Below, piece after piece: positions 16,295 through 27,190 of a stretch of 64,000 nucleotides of DNA. Under the pieces are notes generated by a model. That model had not been told where the DNA came from. It made no database searches and saw only the letters and a list, made by a program, of their open reading frames with translations. The position numbers and the translations under genes were made by a program. The DNA comes from Escherichia coli (GTDB taxonomy: Bacteria; Pseudomonadota; Gammaproteobacteria; Enterobacterales; Enterobacteriaceae): the NCBI RefSeq assembly GCF_003334785.1, contig NZ_QOWV01000003.1; one strand, written 5' to 3'. Position 1 is the stretch's first letter; the number at the start of each line of letters is the position of its first letter.

Positions 16295-16670
16295 AGGGCT
16301 TCTCACGCTACTGCTGTTATTTACCTGTTTTGCGCACGCTCAGGTCGTAGACACCTGGCAATTCGCCAATCCGCAACAACAGCAACAGGCGTTAAATATT
16401 GCCAGCCAGTTACGTTGTCCGCAGTGCCAGAATCAAAACTTACTGGAATCCAACGCGCCGGTGGCTGTCAGTATGCGCCATCAGGTTTACAGCATGGTGG
16501 CGGAGGGGAAGAACGAAGTCGAAATCATTGGCTGGATGACCGAACGCTACGGAGATTTTGTTCGCTATAACCCACCGTTAACGGGTCAGACGCTGGTGTT
16601 ATGGGCGCTGCCAGTGGTGTTGTTACTGCTGATGGCACTGATCCTCTGGCGAGTGAGGGCGAAGCGATGA
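16287..16670 (+). CDS. nrfF: Haem lyase subunit NrfF (CcmH-like)
   Basis: 127-aa ORF with signal peptide and LRCPQCQNQ motif; overlaps nrfE and nrfG. Confidence 0.93.
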
Positions 16671-17263
16671 AACAGCCCAAAATACCGGTGAAAATGCTGA
16701 CAACACTCACGATATTGATGGTATTTCTCTGTGTCGGCAGTTATCTGTTAAGCCCAAAATGGCAGGCGGTACGTGCGGAGTATCAGCGTCAGCGCGATCC
16801 GCTACATCAGTTTGCCAGCCAGCAAACCCCGGAAGCGCAGCTTCAGGCATTGCAGGATAAAATCCGCGCTAATCCACAAAACAGCGAACAGTGGGCGTTA
16901 CTGGGCGAGTACTATCTGTGGCAAAACGATTACAGCAATTCGTTGCTGGCGTACCGTCAGGCGTTGCAACTACGTGGTGAGAACGCTGAACTGTATGCGG
17001 CGCTGGCGACGGTGCTTTATTACCAGGCCAGCCAGCATATGACCGCCCAGACTCGCGCAATGATCGACAAAGCCCTCGCGCTGGACAGTAATGAAATCAC
17101 CGCCCTGATGCTGCTGGCTTCCGATGCGTTTATGCAGGCGAACTACGCGCAAGCCATCGAACTATGGCAAAAAGTGATGGATCTCAACTCACCGCGAGTT
17201 AACCGAACACAGCTGGTTGAGTCGATTAATATGGCGAAATTGTTGCAGCGGAGATTGGATTAA
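16667..17263 (+). CDS. nrfG: TPR-repeat haem lyase accessory protein NrfG
   Basis: Start at [10 protein letters not shown] (198 aa), ATGA overlap with the nrfF stop; TPR-like repeats. Confidence 0.9.
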
Positions 17264-17604
17264 TCATCTGGTGATGAAGATTATGTCATTGAGCTGCATA
17301 AAAAATAATCGAATGAACATATGCCAAAAATAATCACTAATCAGTATTATTGCAGATTAAACAAATAAAAATCTTTCCATAACAAATGGTTATTCATTAA
17401 TCCTGCCATAAACTCGCGTTATTATGCATTAATGCAGCGAAAAGCTCTGTTGTTAAAGGGTTGCGCAACATACCGCGCAAATGATACTGATCATAAGCGT
17501 TAAAAAAATCTACAAACCAACGCAACACAATTCATGCCCTGGCAGTATGTCACGTTCTCGCGTTTCTGAACGGGGAACGGCGCTCCATTGAGGAAGTCAT
17601 TCAT

Positions 17605-18918
17605 ATGAAAAATATAAAATTCAGCCTGGCCTGGCAGATTCTGTTTGCTATGGTGCTGGGCATTCTCCTGGGAAGCTACCTGCACTACCATAGCGACAGC
17701 CGCGACTGGCTGGTCGTCAATTTGCTCTCTCCGGCGGGTGATATCTTCATCCATCTGATTAAAATGATTGTTGTGCCGATTGTGATCTCCACGCTGGTGG
17801 TGGGTATCGCGGGTGTTGGTGATGCCAAACAGCTCGGGCGTATTGGCGCGAAAACCATTATCTACTTCGAGGTGATCACCACCGTCGCCATCATTTTGGG
17901 GATCACTCTGGCGAACGTCTTCCAGCCCGGTGCCGGGGTGGATATGTCGCAGTTGGCGACCGTCGATATCTCGAAATATCAGAGCACTACGGAAGCGGTA
18001 CAAAGCAGTTCCCACGGCATTATGGGCACGATTTTGTCGCTGGTGCCGACGAACATTGTGGCGTCGATGGCGAAAGGCGAAATGCTGCCGATCATCTTTT
18101 TCTCGGTGCTGTTTGGTCTGGGGCTTTCTTCCCTGCCCGCGACGCATCGTGAACCGCTGGTGACCGTGTTCCGCTCCATCTCTGAAACCATGTTTAAAGT
18201 GACTCACATGGTGATGCGTTATGCACCGGTGGGTGTGTTTGCGCTGATTGCGGTGACGGTGGCTAACTTTGGTTTCTCGTCTCTGTGGCCACTGGCGAAA
18301 CTGGTGCTGCTGGTGCATTTCGCCATTCTGTTCTTCGCGCTGGTAGTGCTGGGAATTGTGGCGCGCCTGTGCGGGTTAAGCGTCTGGATCCTGATTCGTA
18401 TTCTGAAAGATGAGCTGATTCTGGCGTACTCCACTGCCAGCTCTGAAAGCGTGCTGCCGCGAATTATTGAGAAGATGGAAGCCTACGGAGCACCGGCGTC
18501 GATCACCAGTTTCGTGGTGCCGACCGGTTACTCTTTTAACCTTGATGGTTCGACGCTGTATCAAAGTATTGCCGCTATCTTCATCGCGCAGTTGTATGGC
18601 ATTGACCTGTCCATCTGGCAGGAAATCATTCTGGTGCTGACGCTGATGGTGACCTCGAAAGGGATTGCTGGCGTGCCTGGCGTGTCGTTTGTGGTGTTGC
18701 TGGCAACGCTGGGTAGCGTAGGTATTCCGCTGGAAGGTCTGGCGTTTATTGCTGGTGTTGACCGTATCCTCGACATGGCGCGTACTGCGCTGAACGTGGT
18801 GGGTAATGCGCTGGCGGTGCTGGTGATTGCCAAGTGGGAACACAAATTTGACCGTAAGAAAGCGCTGGCTTATGAGCGTGAAGTGCTGGGCAAATTTGAT
18901 AAAACTGCGGATCAATAA
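17605..18918 (+). CDS. gltP: Glutamate/aspartate:proton symporter (DAACS family)
   Basis: 437-aa membrane ORF MKNIKFSLAWQILFAMVLGILLG... Confidence 0.95.
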   Translation: MKNIKFSLAWQILFAMVLGILLGSYLHYHSDSRDWLVVNLLSPAGDIFIHLIKMIVVPIVISTLVVGIAGVGDAKQLGRIGAKTIIYFEVITTVAIILGITLANVFQPGAGVDMSQLATVDISKYQSTTEAVQSSSHGIMGTILSLVPTNIVASMAKGEMLPIIFFSVLFGLGLSSLPATHREPLVTVFRSISETMFKVTHMVMRYAPVGVFALIAVTVANFGFSSLWPLAKLVLLVHFAILFFALVVLGIVARLCGLSVWILIRILKDELILAYSTASSESVLPRIIEKMEAYGAPASITSFVVPTGYSFNLDGSTLYQSIAAIFIAQLYGIDLSIWQEIILVLTLMVTSKGIAGVPGVSFVVLLATLGSVGIPLEGLAFIAGVDRILDMARTALNVVGNALAVLVIAKWEHKFDRKKALAYEREVLGKFDKTADQ

Positions 18919-18958
18919 TTGAAGATTGCCGGGGATATCCACCCGGCAATGTGTGAAT

Positions 18959-19220
18959 GCCTGATGCGACGCTTGCCGCGTCTTATCAGGCCTACGCCAG
19001 ACAGCGCAATAGCCTGATTTAGCGTGATTTTGTAGGTCGGATAAGGCGTTTATGCCGCATCCGACATCAACGCCTGATGCGACGCTTAACGCGTCTTATC
19101 AGGCCTACGCCAGACAGCGCAATAGCCTGATTTAGCGTGATTTTGTAGGTCGGATAAGGCGTTTACGCCGCATCCGACATCAATGCCTGATGCGACGCTT
19201 GCCGCGTCTTATCAGGCCTA
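18959..19220. repeat. BIME: tandem array of REP-containing units (period about 113 bp, about 2.3 copies)
   Basis: Unit GCCTGATGCGACGCTT..CGCGTCTTATCAGGCCTAC...GTAGGTCGGATAAGGCGTTTA.GCCGCATCCGACATCAA repeats at 18959, 19072 and 19185. Confidence 0.9.
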
Positions 19221-19222
19221 TC

Positions 19223-19912
19223 TTAACCGTTGGTTAATTTTTCAAACTCTTCACACCCGGTATCAAACCCTTCCATACAGCTCAGGTTCAACCAGTGCAG
19301 CGCCTTTTGCTTGTTCTTCTCGATAAAACCTTCTTCACCGTTTAAGAACATCATTCCCGCCCAGTACTCGGAATAACCGGTTCGGGAAATTGCAGAGCTG
19401 CGTTTGAAATACCAGGTTGCCTTGTCATCGTCGGCCTTAATGCCCACGCCGTTGGCGTAAATCAAACCAAGCAGCATTTGGGCATCGACGGCAGAGTCGT
19501 TCTCCAGATCTTCCGAGGCGTTTTCTAACAGCGAAATTGCCTTTGGATAATCCGGTTTACCCGCTTGAGTATTTACCAGAATATGCGCCAGCGTTACTTC
19601 ACCTTCTTTACTGCCCGCTTGCGCCGCTTTCTCTGCAAGAACTTTTGCTTGTGGATAGTCCAGACTGACCGGATTGGTGATTTTGATCTGCGCCAGCAGC
19701 GCGCAGGCATCAGCATCACCGCTGTCGGCGGCTTTCTGTGCCCAATATTCGGCTTTGCTCAAATCGCCGGAGCTAAACCAGCTGTCGGCAAGAAAATATT
19801 GTGCGCGTCGGTCCCCGGCCTCTGCTGCCTTTAAATACTGGCTGCCAGGCTCGGAGTCGTTGGCGTGGGCAAAGAATGTCAAAAACAACATCAATGCGAT
19901 AATTTTTTTCAT
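19223..19912 (-). CDS. yjcO: Sel1-like (TPR-related) repeat protein with signal peptide
   Basis: 229-aa ORF MKKIIALMLFLTFFAHA...; repeated A-x-YxLA/G Sel1-type motifs. Confidence 0.85.
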   Translation of the reverse strand: MKKIIALMLFLTFFAHANDSEPGSQYLKAAEAGDRRAQYFLADSWFSSGDLSKAEYWAQKAADSGDADACALLAQIKITNPVSLDYPQAKVLAEKAAQAGSKEGEVTLAHILVNTQAGKPDYPKAISLLENASEDLENDSAVDAQMLLGLIYANGVGIKADDDKATWYFKRSSAISRTGYSEYWAGMMFLNGEEGFIEKNKQKALHWLNLSCMEGFDTGCEEFEKLTNG

Positions 19913-19963
19913 TTTGATAATACGATTGGGTAGGGAGTAACCAGTATAAAGAGTTCGAATGGA

Positions 19964-19992
19964 TAAAAAAACAGCCTCCGAAAGGAGGCTGT
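19964..19992 (-). terminator. Rho-independent terminator of fdhF
   Basis: On the minus strand: ACAGCCTCC-TTTC-GGAGGCTGT hairpin followed by a T7 run. Confidence 0.8.
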
Positions 19993-20005
19993 AGAAAGGA
20001 CGGTA

Positions 20006-22153
20006 TTACGCCAGTGCCGCTTCGCGCAGGCGAGTTTTCAACTTGTTGTACTCGTCAATCACGTACTGCTCGGCGGCGCGCTGATCGGCGATCGGCTCGA
20101 CGCGAACGGCGCAGTATTTGTACTCCGGCGTTTTCGTAATCGGGCTTAAGTTTTCAGTAACCAGCTCGTTACAGGCACCAATCCACCACTGGTAGGTCAT
20201 GTAAATCGCCCCTTTGTTCGGACGATCGCTGACCTGCGCACGGGTGATAATTTTGCCTTTACGCGAGTGCACCCAAACCAATGCCTCATCTTCAATACCC
20301 AGACGTTTGGCGTCTTCGGTATTGATTTGTGCGTAGCCAGGTTCATCAGCCAGCGCCGCCAGTGCCGCACAGTTACCGGTCATCGAACGGCAAGAGTAGT
20401 GACCAACTTCACGCACCGTTGACAGTACCATCGGGTACTCGTCGGTGAGTTTGTCGATTGGCGCTACCCAGTCGCAGGTGAAGAACTGCGCCAGACCGTT
20501 CGGGGTATCAAACTTCTCTTTAAACAGATAAGAAGTCCCCTGATCGGCATCTGAAGTATCGCGGCAAGGCCACTGAATGAAGCCCAGTTCGCCCATTTTC
20601 TCGTAAGTCGCACCGTAGAAATCCGGGCACAGATGACGCAACTCATCCCAGATCTCCTGGGTGTTGTTGTAGTGCATCGGATAACCCATACGGGTGGCGA
20701 TTTCACTGATGATTTGCCAGTCCGTTTTCAGATCCCATTTCGGTTCAACCGCCTTGAAGAAACGCTGGAAGCCACGGTCAGCCGCAGTAAACACGCCTTC
20801 ATGCTCGCCCCACGACGTTGACGGTAAAATAACATCCGCCGCCGACGCGGTTTTGGTCATAAAGATGTCCTGAACGATAACCAGTTCCAGATCTTCAAAG
20901 GCTTTACGTACTGCCGACAGCTCCGCGTCAGTTTGTAGCGGATCTTCGCCCATAATGTACGCGGCACGCACTTCGCCATGCGCTGCGCGGTGCGGCAGCT
21001 CGCTGATGCGATAGCCGGTATGCGCTGGCAGGCTTTCCACGCCCCAGGCTTTGGCGAATTTCTCGCGGTTAGCCGGATCTTTCACGTACTGGTATCCCGG
21101 ATACGTATCCGGCAGCGCGCCCATATCGCAGGCACCCTGAACGTTGTTCTGACCACGAACCGGGTTAACACCCGCATGCGGCTTACCGAGGTTACCGGTC
21201 AGCATCGCGAGGCTGGTCAGAGAACGCACGGTTTCCACGCCCTGGTAGAACTGGGTTACACCCATGCCCCACAGGATGGCGGCGCTTTTCGCCTGGGCAT
21301 ACATCCGTGCCGCCTGACGAATCTCACTGGCGCTGACGCCGGTGATATCTTCAACCGACTCCGGCGTGTAGCCTTCAACGATTTTACGATACTCTTCAAA
21401 GCCTTCTGTACGTGAAGCGACGAACGCTTTGTCGTACAGATTTTCTTCAATAATGACATGGCCCATCGCATTCAACAGCGCGATGTTCGAGCCGTTTTTC
21501 AGTGCAATGTGCATGTCAGCAATGCGCGCGGTTTCAATTTTGCGCGGATCGCAGACGATAATTTTCGCCCCGTTACGTTTAGCGTTAATTACGTGATTCG
21601 CCACGATTGGGTGGGAATCCGCCGGGTTGTACCCGAAAACGAACACTAAATCGGTATTATCAATTTCGTTAATAGCATTGCTCATTGCGCCATTACCGAC
21701 CGATTGGTGCAGACCTGCAACCGATGGGCCGTGTCAGACACGAGCGCAGCAGTCAACGTTATTGGTACCAATAACGGCGCGCGCAAATTTTTGCATTACA
21801 TAGTTGGTTTCGTTACCCGTACCACGCGAGGAGCCGGTCGTCTGGATGGCATCCGGACCGTACTTCTCTTTGATGGCGCTCAGGCGCTCGGCAACGTAAT
21901 TCAGTGCCTCATCCCAGGAAACAGGTTCGAGTTTGCCGCCACGCTGGCGACGGATCATGGGGGTTTTCAGGCGCGGGGTCAGGATCTGGGTATCGTTAAT
22001 GAAGTCCCAGCCATAATAACCCTTCAGACACAGGGTACCCTGGTTGGTTTTCCCCTGCGCTGCCTCCGCCCGGACGATTTTGCCGTTATCGACGACCAGG
22101 TTGATTTTGCAACCTGATGCGCAATAGGGGCAAACCGTGACGACTTTTTTCAT
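20006..22153 (-). CDS. fdhF: Formate dehydrogenase H, selenocysteine-containing molybdoenzyme (in-frame UGA = Sec140)
   Basis: Track ORFs 21734-22153 and 20006-21685 are in the same frame, separated by one in-frame TGA (plus-strand TCA at 21734-21736); combined 715 codons; N-terminal CPYCASGC Fe-S motif. Confidence 0.95.
21690..21736 (-). other. SECIS stem-loop directing selenocysteine insertion at the fdhF UGA
   Basis: mRNA reads UGACACGGCCCAUCGGUUGCAGGUCUGCACCAAUCGGUCGGUAAUGG directly 3' of the UGA, matching the fdhF SECIS as I recall it. Confidence 0.85.
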
Positions 22154-22202
22154 CGGTCTCGCTCCAGTTAATCAAATCACGCATACGCGCTCTCGACTAC
22201 AG

Positions 22203-22222
22203 TATGCATCTTTTATGCCACA
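22203..22222 (-). promoter_or_regulatory. Sigma-54 (-24/-12) promoter of fdhF
   Basis: Minus strand TGGCATAAAAGATGCA (TGGCA-N7-TGCA) upstream of the fdhF start; FhlA upstream activating sequences expected further upstream, near 22270-22345. Confidence 0.7.
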
Positions 22223-22350
22223 TTTTATGTGGGGTCATTCCCTGATATTACGGGCACTATTTATTCAAAACTCTGACGAAAAACAGGCTGTCGTCAGTTT
22301 TGACGTGACGAAACGAAATACCGCGTGACAGCCATCACGCGGCAGACATT

Positions 22351-23817
22351 TTATTTTTTCTCGACGACGGGACCTGCCTGATACCCGCCGCCCAGCGATT
22401 TCATCAACTGAATGCTTTGGATCACCCGGCGGCTGTCCAGCATCAGTAATGACATCTCTTCGGCAAGCACTGGCAACCGGGCTTCGGTGGCCTGTAAGCG
22501 GCTGGTTAAGCCGCGCTGATAGGCGGCCTCGGCAGCGCGCTGGGTAAAGCGCGTGGCTTCCACGCGTTCAGCCTGCATTTCTCGCTCGTCGTTGAGCGTT
22601 TGCAGACGCGTGCCGTTGACGGCAACGTCACGCACCGCGTTCAGTACTGACTGGTTGTAACGTTCAATCATCATGTTGCTGGCGGCGCGCGTGCCTTCGA
22701 GATTGGCATTCAACCGTCCACCGTCAAACAGCGGCAATTTCAGACCCGGGATGAAGTTGAACTGGCGACTGGTTTTTTTGAATAAGGTATGCAGATGGAT
22801 GGAGTCCAGACCGAAAAACGCTTTGATATCAAAGCTCGGATAGAACAACGCCCGCGCGGAATCCACCTGATCTAATGACGCCTGAACATACCAGCGCATG
22901 GCTTGCAGATCCGGGCGTCTGGCGAGCAACTCATAAGAGAGTGTCGCCGGAATGCCGGTCTGGACTTGCGGTAATGCCACCGGTCTGATCTCCGGCATAT
23001 CGCTGGCTCCCGCGCCAATCAATGCACGCAGAGATTCTCGCGTTTCGGTGATTTGCCCTTTGACGGCAACAATTTGTTTATCGACCGCCAGAATCTGTGC
23101 CCGCGCGCCGTGGAAAGGCACTTGCGCTTCCAGACCGTGCGCCACTTTACTCTGGTGCGCTTTCACCGCGTAATCAATCACATCGTGAGTTTGTTCTAAC
23201 AGATCGAGCATCTGATAGCTGGCCTGCATACTGTAATAAAGCTGCGCTACGCCCGTGGCCAGCGATAGCTCTACTGCTGCGGTTTCTGCCAGCGCGGCAT
23301 TATGCGCGCCAATGGCGGCGGCAACCGCTGAGCGATGCACACCCCACAAATCAAGATCCAGTCCGGCAAACAAACCTACTGTGGCTTCCGTATAGTACGG
23401 CCCGTCCATACCCAGTGCTGGCGCATCCATTGAATAAGGGCTTAAAAAGCCGTTCGCCGAGACACGTTGGCGGTTGAGCATCCCTAACGCTGCGACCTGT
23501 AATTGTGAACCGGCATCTAACAAATCGGCCTGGGACTGCGCTTTTTCTTCCCGCAGTTTCGCTTCGGCGAGGGTGTGTGAACCACTTAGCGTCCGTTGGA
23601 TCAGCGCATCCAGCTGCGGGTCATTGAGTTGTTTCCACCACTGCGCCTGCGGCCAGCCGGAGCTGGCAAGATGAATATCGTCGGCCAGTTTGATTTGTTC
23701 CGGTTTGAGCTGTTGATGAGGTGCAGAATCCTTACGTACCAGGGCACAGCCGGAAATCAGCGTCGTGCTGCCGAGAATGCTGCACAACAGCAGACGTGAA
23801 AGTTGACGATTGATCAT
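22351..23817 (-). CDS. mdtP: Outer-membrane efflux factor (OMF) lipoprotein
   Basis: 488-aa ORF with lipoprotein signal (LISGCA); last gene of the ytcA-mdtNOP cluster. Confidence 0.9.
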   Translation of the reverse strand: MINRQLSRLLLCSILGSTTLISGCALVRKDSAPHQQLKPEQIKLADDIHLASSGWPQAQWWKQLNDPQLDALIQRTLSGSHTLAEAKLREEKAQSQADLLDAGSQLQVAALGMLNRQRVSANGFLSPYSMDAPALGMDGPYYTEATVGLFAGLDLDLWGVHRSAVAAAIGAHNAALAETAAVELSLATGVAQLYYSMQASYQMLDLLEQTHDVIDYAVKAHQSKVAHGLEAQVPFHGARAQILAVDKQIVAVKGQITETRESLRALIGAGASDMPEIRPVALPQVQTGIPATLSYELLARRPDLQAMRWYVQASLDQVDSARALFYPSFDIKAFFGLDSIHLHTLFKKTSRQFNFIPGLKLPLFDGGRLNANLEGTRAASNMMIERYNQSVLNAVRDVAVNGTRLQTLNDEREMQAERVEATRFTQRAAEAAYQRGLTSRLQATEARLPVLAEEMSLLMLDSRRVIQSIQLMKSLGGGYQAGPVVEKK

Positions 23818-25865
23818 TGCGTGGCTCCTTGTGCCTGTTCCGTGGCGGGCGTTAATGCCGGGGCTGTCCAGTCTGGCAAGCGGGCGAAAAGCTGGCAGAC
23901 GTGTTGCTCCTGTTTTAATAAGGTGGGCAGGATGGCCTGAGAGGCGGGTGTCTCTTCAAGCGTTATTTGAGGAGAACGGCTGAGTGCGGTTGCCAGACCG
24001 GCAGCGTATTTCTCCAGGGCGTCGGCAAACTGACCTGCTCTGTCCGGCTGTAGTGCGTTATCCAGCGCCTGCGCCGAGTTCCAGGTGGCATCCCAGGCGT
24101 GAAGAAGATCGCGGCCCTGACGAATAACCGTTTGCGAACGTTCAATCAGTAATGCGCGTTCTTCGCTGTCCAGTTGACGCTCCAGCGCCACGCGTTGGCA
24201 CATCTCTTCACAGGCATTAAACGCCGCATGCAGACCGATACGAATTTGCAGATAAGTGCGCAGAGCCGTGACTTCCTGCTGGCGTGGGATCCGCATTACT
24301 TTACTTAACATACCCAGCGTGCCAGCCAGTTTTTGCGGCAGTGTGCGCGCTTCACTTTCAGGCCAGACAAAGGTGTAAATCACCGCGGACACCACGGTAC
24401 CAATGATGATACCCAGGGCGCGATCGCGAATTTCCACCAGGTCGTACACTGGGCCAAAAACGTTTTCGAGCGTGGCGAGCGCGAAGGTGACCACCATCTG
24501 TGTGCCGATATAAGAAGAGCGTTCAGAGCTGGTGGCAATCCATGCGCCCAACAGGAAAATCGGTGCCAGCACAAACAGCAATTCGACAATATTGTCCAGC
24601 CAGGGCATGACCAGTAGCGTGAATAACAGCGCCAGAATCGCGCCGCAAAAGGCCCCGCCAAAACGCAGCACCATCTTCTGGTACGACGAACCGACATTTG
24701 GGTTAGCGACGATCACGCATGTCAGCATACAGGTGTGAATGCCTTCCCAGTCCACGCCGCTGTAAAAGGTGTAACAGATCAAACAGGCGAGCAGCGTTTT
24801 TACCGCGTAGCGCATATAGTCTGGATTGGTAAAAGCATCGGCGGCCATTGATGGCGGTTTGGCTGCGGGCGTTGGCGGCGTATTCGGGTCCATCTGACCC
24901 AGTTGTAACAACGTCTGGCAGATATTCTCCAGGTTACATTCCCGTGCCGCCATCGCTTCACTTTCACTGATCCGCCAGTCGCTTTGCCAGCACTGACCTT
25001 CAGCAACGGCATGCTGCAGCTTGTTGATTTCTGAAGCTAATTTTTGTCGGAATTCAATAATTGCCTGAGAATCAGCAAAAGAGGTGGGATCGTAGCGATT
25101 CAGCGTCGAGTAAATGTAGGTTACCGTTGCCACGCAGCTTTGCCACCATGCGTTTTGAGTTCGCCAGTTGGCATCGTCCGCGAGGCAAAAGACATTGAGT
25201 TTTTGTAGCGCCAGCGCCTCTCTTTCAATCCGCGTTTCGGGTAGCGGTGCGAGGCTGTCTGTCAGGTGACTAATGGCATCATCAAGCCGATCATTAAGCG
25301 CCTGATGCATTTGCGAAATGGCACGACTGGGAAACCACAGCACGCCGATTAACGTCATCAGCAAGGTTGGATAGAGGCCAACAACGATACACCACAGCGT
25401 TAAGCGCACGACCACTTCCGGATAGTCGAGCATGGCGGGGAAGGTTTGCCCGTAAATAGCGACAATGGCGACGGCGAAAAAGACCAGCCCCAAGCGATGG
25501 GTGCGCATCAAAAACATGCAGCCCATCAGGATCGGTCCGGCGATGATCAATCGGATCAACGGTTCGCCGTATGACCATTTGTAGATCAAAAACAGGCTGC
25601 CGATCTCCAGCACCGTGGCAACCACAAACAAGATCGCGACAAATTTGGTGTAAAACGCGTTCGACTGAATACCGTAAAACAGCACTGCCAGCGATAACGC
25701 CACAAAAGGGATCTCAAAGGTCATCGAGATCAGAATCACCAGCAGGCAGCCTACCCAGAGTTGCACGGTCTGCGGCACGCGACCTGGTCGCCGCTCGCTT
25801 AACTCTTCATGAAAGAACGCCAGCAGCCTGACCACCGGTAATGGCAGGGAGTTGAGCGCGCTCAT
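23814..25865 (-). CDS. mdtO: Inner-membrane efflux protein (AaeB/PET-type)
   Basis: 683-aa membrane ORF overlapping mdtP and mdtN. Confidence 0.9.
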   Translation of the reverse strand: MSALNSLPLPVVRLLAFFHEELSERRPGRVPQTVQLWVGCLLVILISMTFEIPFVALSLAVLFYGIQSNAFYTKFVAILFVVATVLEIGSLFLIYKWSYGEPLIRLIIAGPILMGCMFLMRTHRLGLVFFAVAIVAIYGQTFPAMLDYPEVVVRLTLWCIVVGLYPTLLMTLIGVLWFPSRAISQMHQALNDRLDDAISHLTDSLAPLPETRIEREALALQKLNVFCLADDANWRTQNAWWQSCVATVTYIYSTLNRYDPTSFADSQAIIEFRQKLASEINKLQHAVAEGQCWQSDWRISESEAMAARECNLENICQTLLQLGQMDPNTPPTPAAKPPSMAADAFTNPDYMRYAVKTLLACLICYTFYSGVDWEGIHTCMLTCVIVANPNVGSSYQKMVLRFGGAFCGAILALLFTLLVMPWLDNIVELLFVLAPIFLLGAWIATSSERSSYIGTQMVVTFALATLENVFGPVYDLVEIRDRALGIIIGTVVSAVIYTFVWPESEARTLPQKLAGTLGMLSKVMRIPRQQEVTALRTYLQIRIGLHAAFNACEEMCQRVALERQLDSEERALLIERSQTVIRQGRDLLHAWDATWNSAQALDNALQPDRAGQFADALEKYAAGLATALSRSPQITLEETPASQAILPTLLKQEQHVCQLFARLPDWTAPALTPATEQAQGATQ

Positions 25866-26896
25866 TATTGCGGCTCAAGATTAGCGACTGCCGAAGCGCC
25901 GATGCGGAACATTTCCGGGTCAGGTTTATCGACCATGATTTTGACCGGAAAACGCTGGGCAACGCGGACCCAGTTAATAGAACGAGACACTTTCGGCAGG
26001 CCGCCCAGCACCAGGCCGCCGTCATCCGGTAGCACGCCGTAGCCAATCGAATCCACTTTACCCTCGAAGGTTTTGCCGCTGTCACTCATCAGGCGAATCG
26101 TTGCGGGTGTACCTGAGCGAATATTTTTCAGATCGGTTTCGCGGAAGTTGGCGATCACATACCAGTGACGAGTGTCGATTAGGGTAAAAATAGGGCGCAT
26201 GGCAGAAGCAAATTGCCCGACGGAGGTTTTGAGGGAAATGACCCGGCCATCAAACGGCGCGCGAACGGTCGCCATTTCCAGATGCAGTTTGGTCAGGGCA
26301 ATATCCGCTTCGACCGCCGCACGCTGGGCAACTAATGCATCCACGCCGCTGACGGCGCTGGCGGCTGACTGCGCCTGTAACAATACGGCATTAAGATCCG
26401 CTTCTGCGGCGCGCTGCGCCGTTCTTGCACGGTCAACATCTTCCGCTGAGACAAAACCTTCTTTCAGTAATGGCTCGGTGCGGCGTAATGTATCTGTGGC
26501 CTGTTTCGCGGCGGCACGGGCTTTTTCTACCGTGGCATTAACCGAGTCGGCACCAAACTGTTGCGCGTCAACGCTACGCTGGGTGAGCATAATTTGCTTA
26601 TCCAGCGCCGCGAGGGAGGCTTCAGCTTTCGCCAGATTGGCTTCGTACGGGCGCGGGTCGATGCGGAACAGCAAATCGCCCTGTTTGACTGCCTGGTTGT
26701 CGGTGACCGCCAGTTCTACAATGCGGCCGCTGACTTCCGGTACCACATCAATGGTATCTGCTGACGCGTAAGCGTCATTAGTTGATGGCGCACTGTCTAC
26801 GCGCCAGATAACGAAAACAAGGGCAACCAGCGCCAACGCAACCACTAACAGAGCAGGGAATTTACTGCGAGGAGCTTTTTTCGGCGTACTTTCCAT
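25865..26896 (-). CDS. mdtN: Membrane-fusion (periplasmic adaptor) protein
   Basis: 343-aa ORF with N-terminal TM anchor and HlyD-like coiled-coil region. Confidence 0.9.
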   Translation of the reverse strand: MESTPKKAPRSKFPALLVVALALVALVFVIWRVDSAPSTNDAYASADTIDVVPEVSGRIVELAVTDNQAVKQGDLLFRIDPRPYEANLAKAEASLAALDKQIMLTQRSVDAQQFGADSVNATVEKARAAAKQATDTLRRTEPLLKEGFVSAEDVDRARTAQRAAEADLNAVLLQAQSAASAVSGVDALVAQRAAVEADIALTKLHLEMATVRAPFDGRVISLKTSVGQFASAMRPIFTLIDTRHWYVIANFRETDLKNIRSGTPATIRLMSDSGKTFEGKVDSIGYGVLPDDGGLVLGGLPKVSRSINWVRVAQRFPVKIMVDKPDPEMFRIGASAVANLEPQ

Positions 26897-26914
26897 GAGC
26901 GCGTCTCAAATAGA

Positions 26915-27190
26915 TTAGAAAAATGCCAGCCAGAACAGCATGGCGTAGAGAGCAAAAAGGGCGGTATAAATAATTCCGACAAATGCCAGATTGATATTTG
27001 CCCGCTGAATAACTCGCCTCGTGATGAGCGTCAAAATAAGGCTGGCAATGGCGCAGAAAAACCAGCTGGGATAATAAGCGCCGATCACCGGGATTGCCGG
27101 AGATAATGAGCATCCCGAAACCATGAAGACGGGAATTATCCAGGCTGTTTTTTTGAGTTGCATCGCCATGCGAGAGAGAACTGTTGGCAT
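26915..27190 (-). CDS. ytcA: Small lipoprotein preceding the mdtNOP efflux genes
   Basis: 91-aa ORF from MPTVLSRMAMQLKKTAWIIPVFMVSGC (lipobox VSGC) plus two TM segments. Confidence 0.75.
   Translation of the reverse strand: MPTVLSRMAMQLKKTAWIIPVFMVSGCSLSPAIPVIGAYYPSWFFCAIASLILTLITRRVIQRANINLAFVGIIYTALFALYAMLFWLAFF

Noticed and set aside
18959-19220. Possible CRISPR array suggested by regularly spaced palindromic repeats (also 48593-48972)
   Set aside because: Units are contiguous tandem copies of REP-containing sequence with no unique spacers, no leader and no cas genes nearby; these are BIME/REP arrays.
20006-21685. Treating 20006-21685 and 21734-22153 as two separate genes
   Set aside because: Same frame, separated only by one UGA followed by a SECIS hairpin; this is a single selenoprotein gene (fdhF).
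22137-22328. 63-aa ORF upstream of fdhF
   Set aside because: It overlaps the sigma-54 promoter and upstream activating region of fdhF and has no translation signals; regulatory DNA rather than coding.
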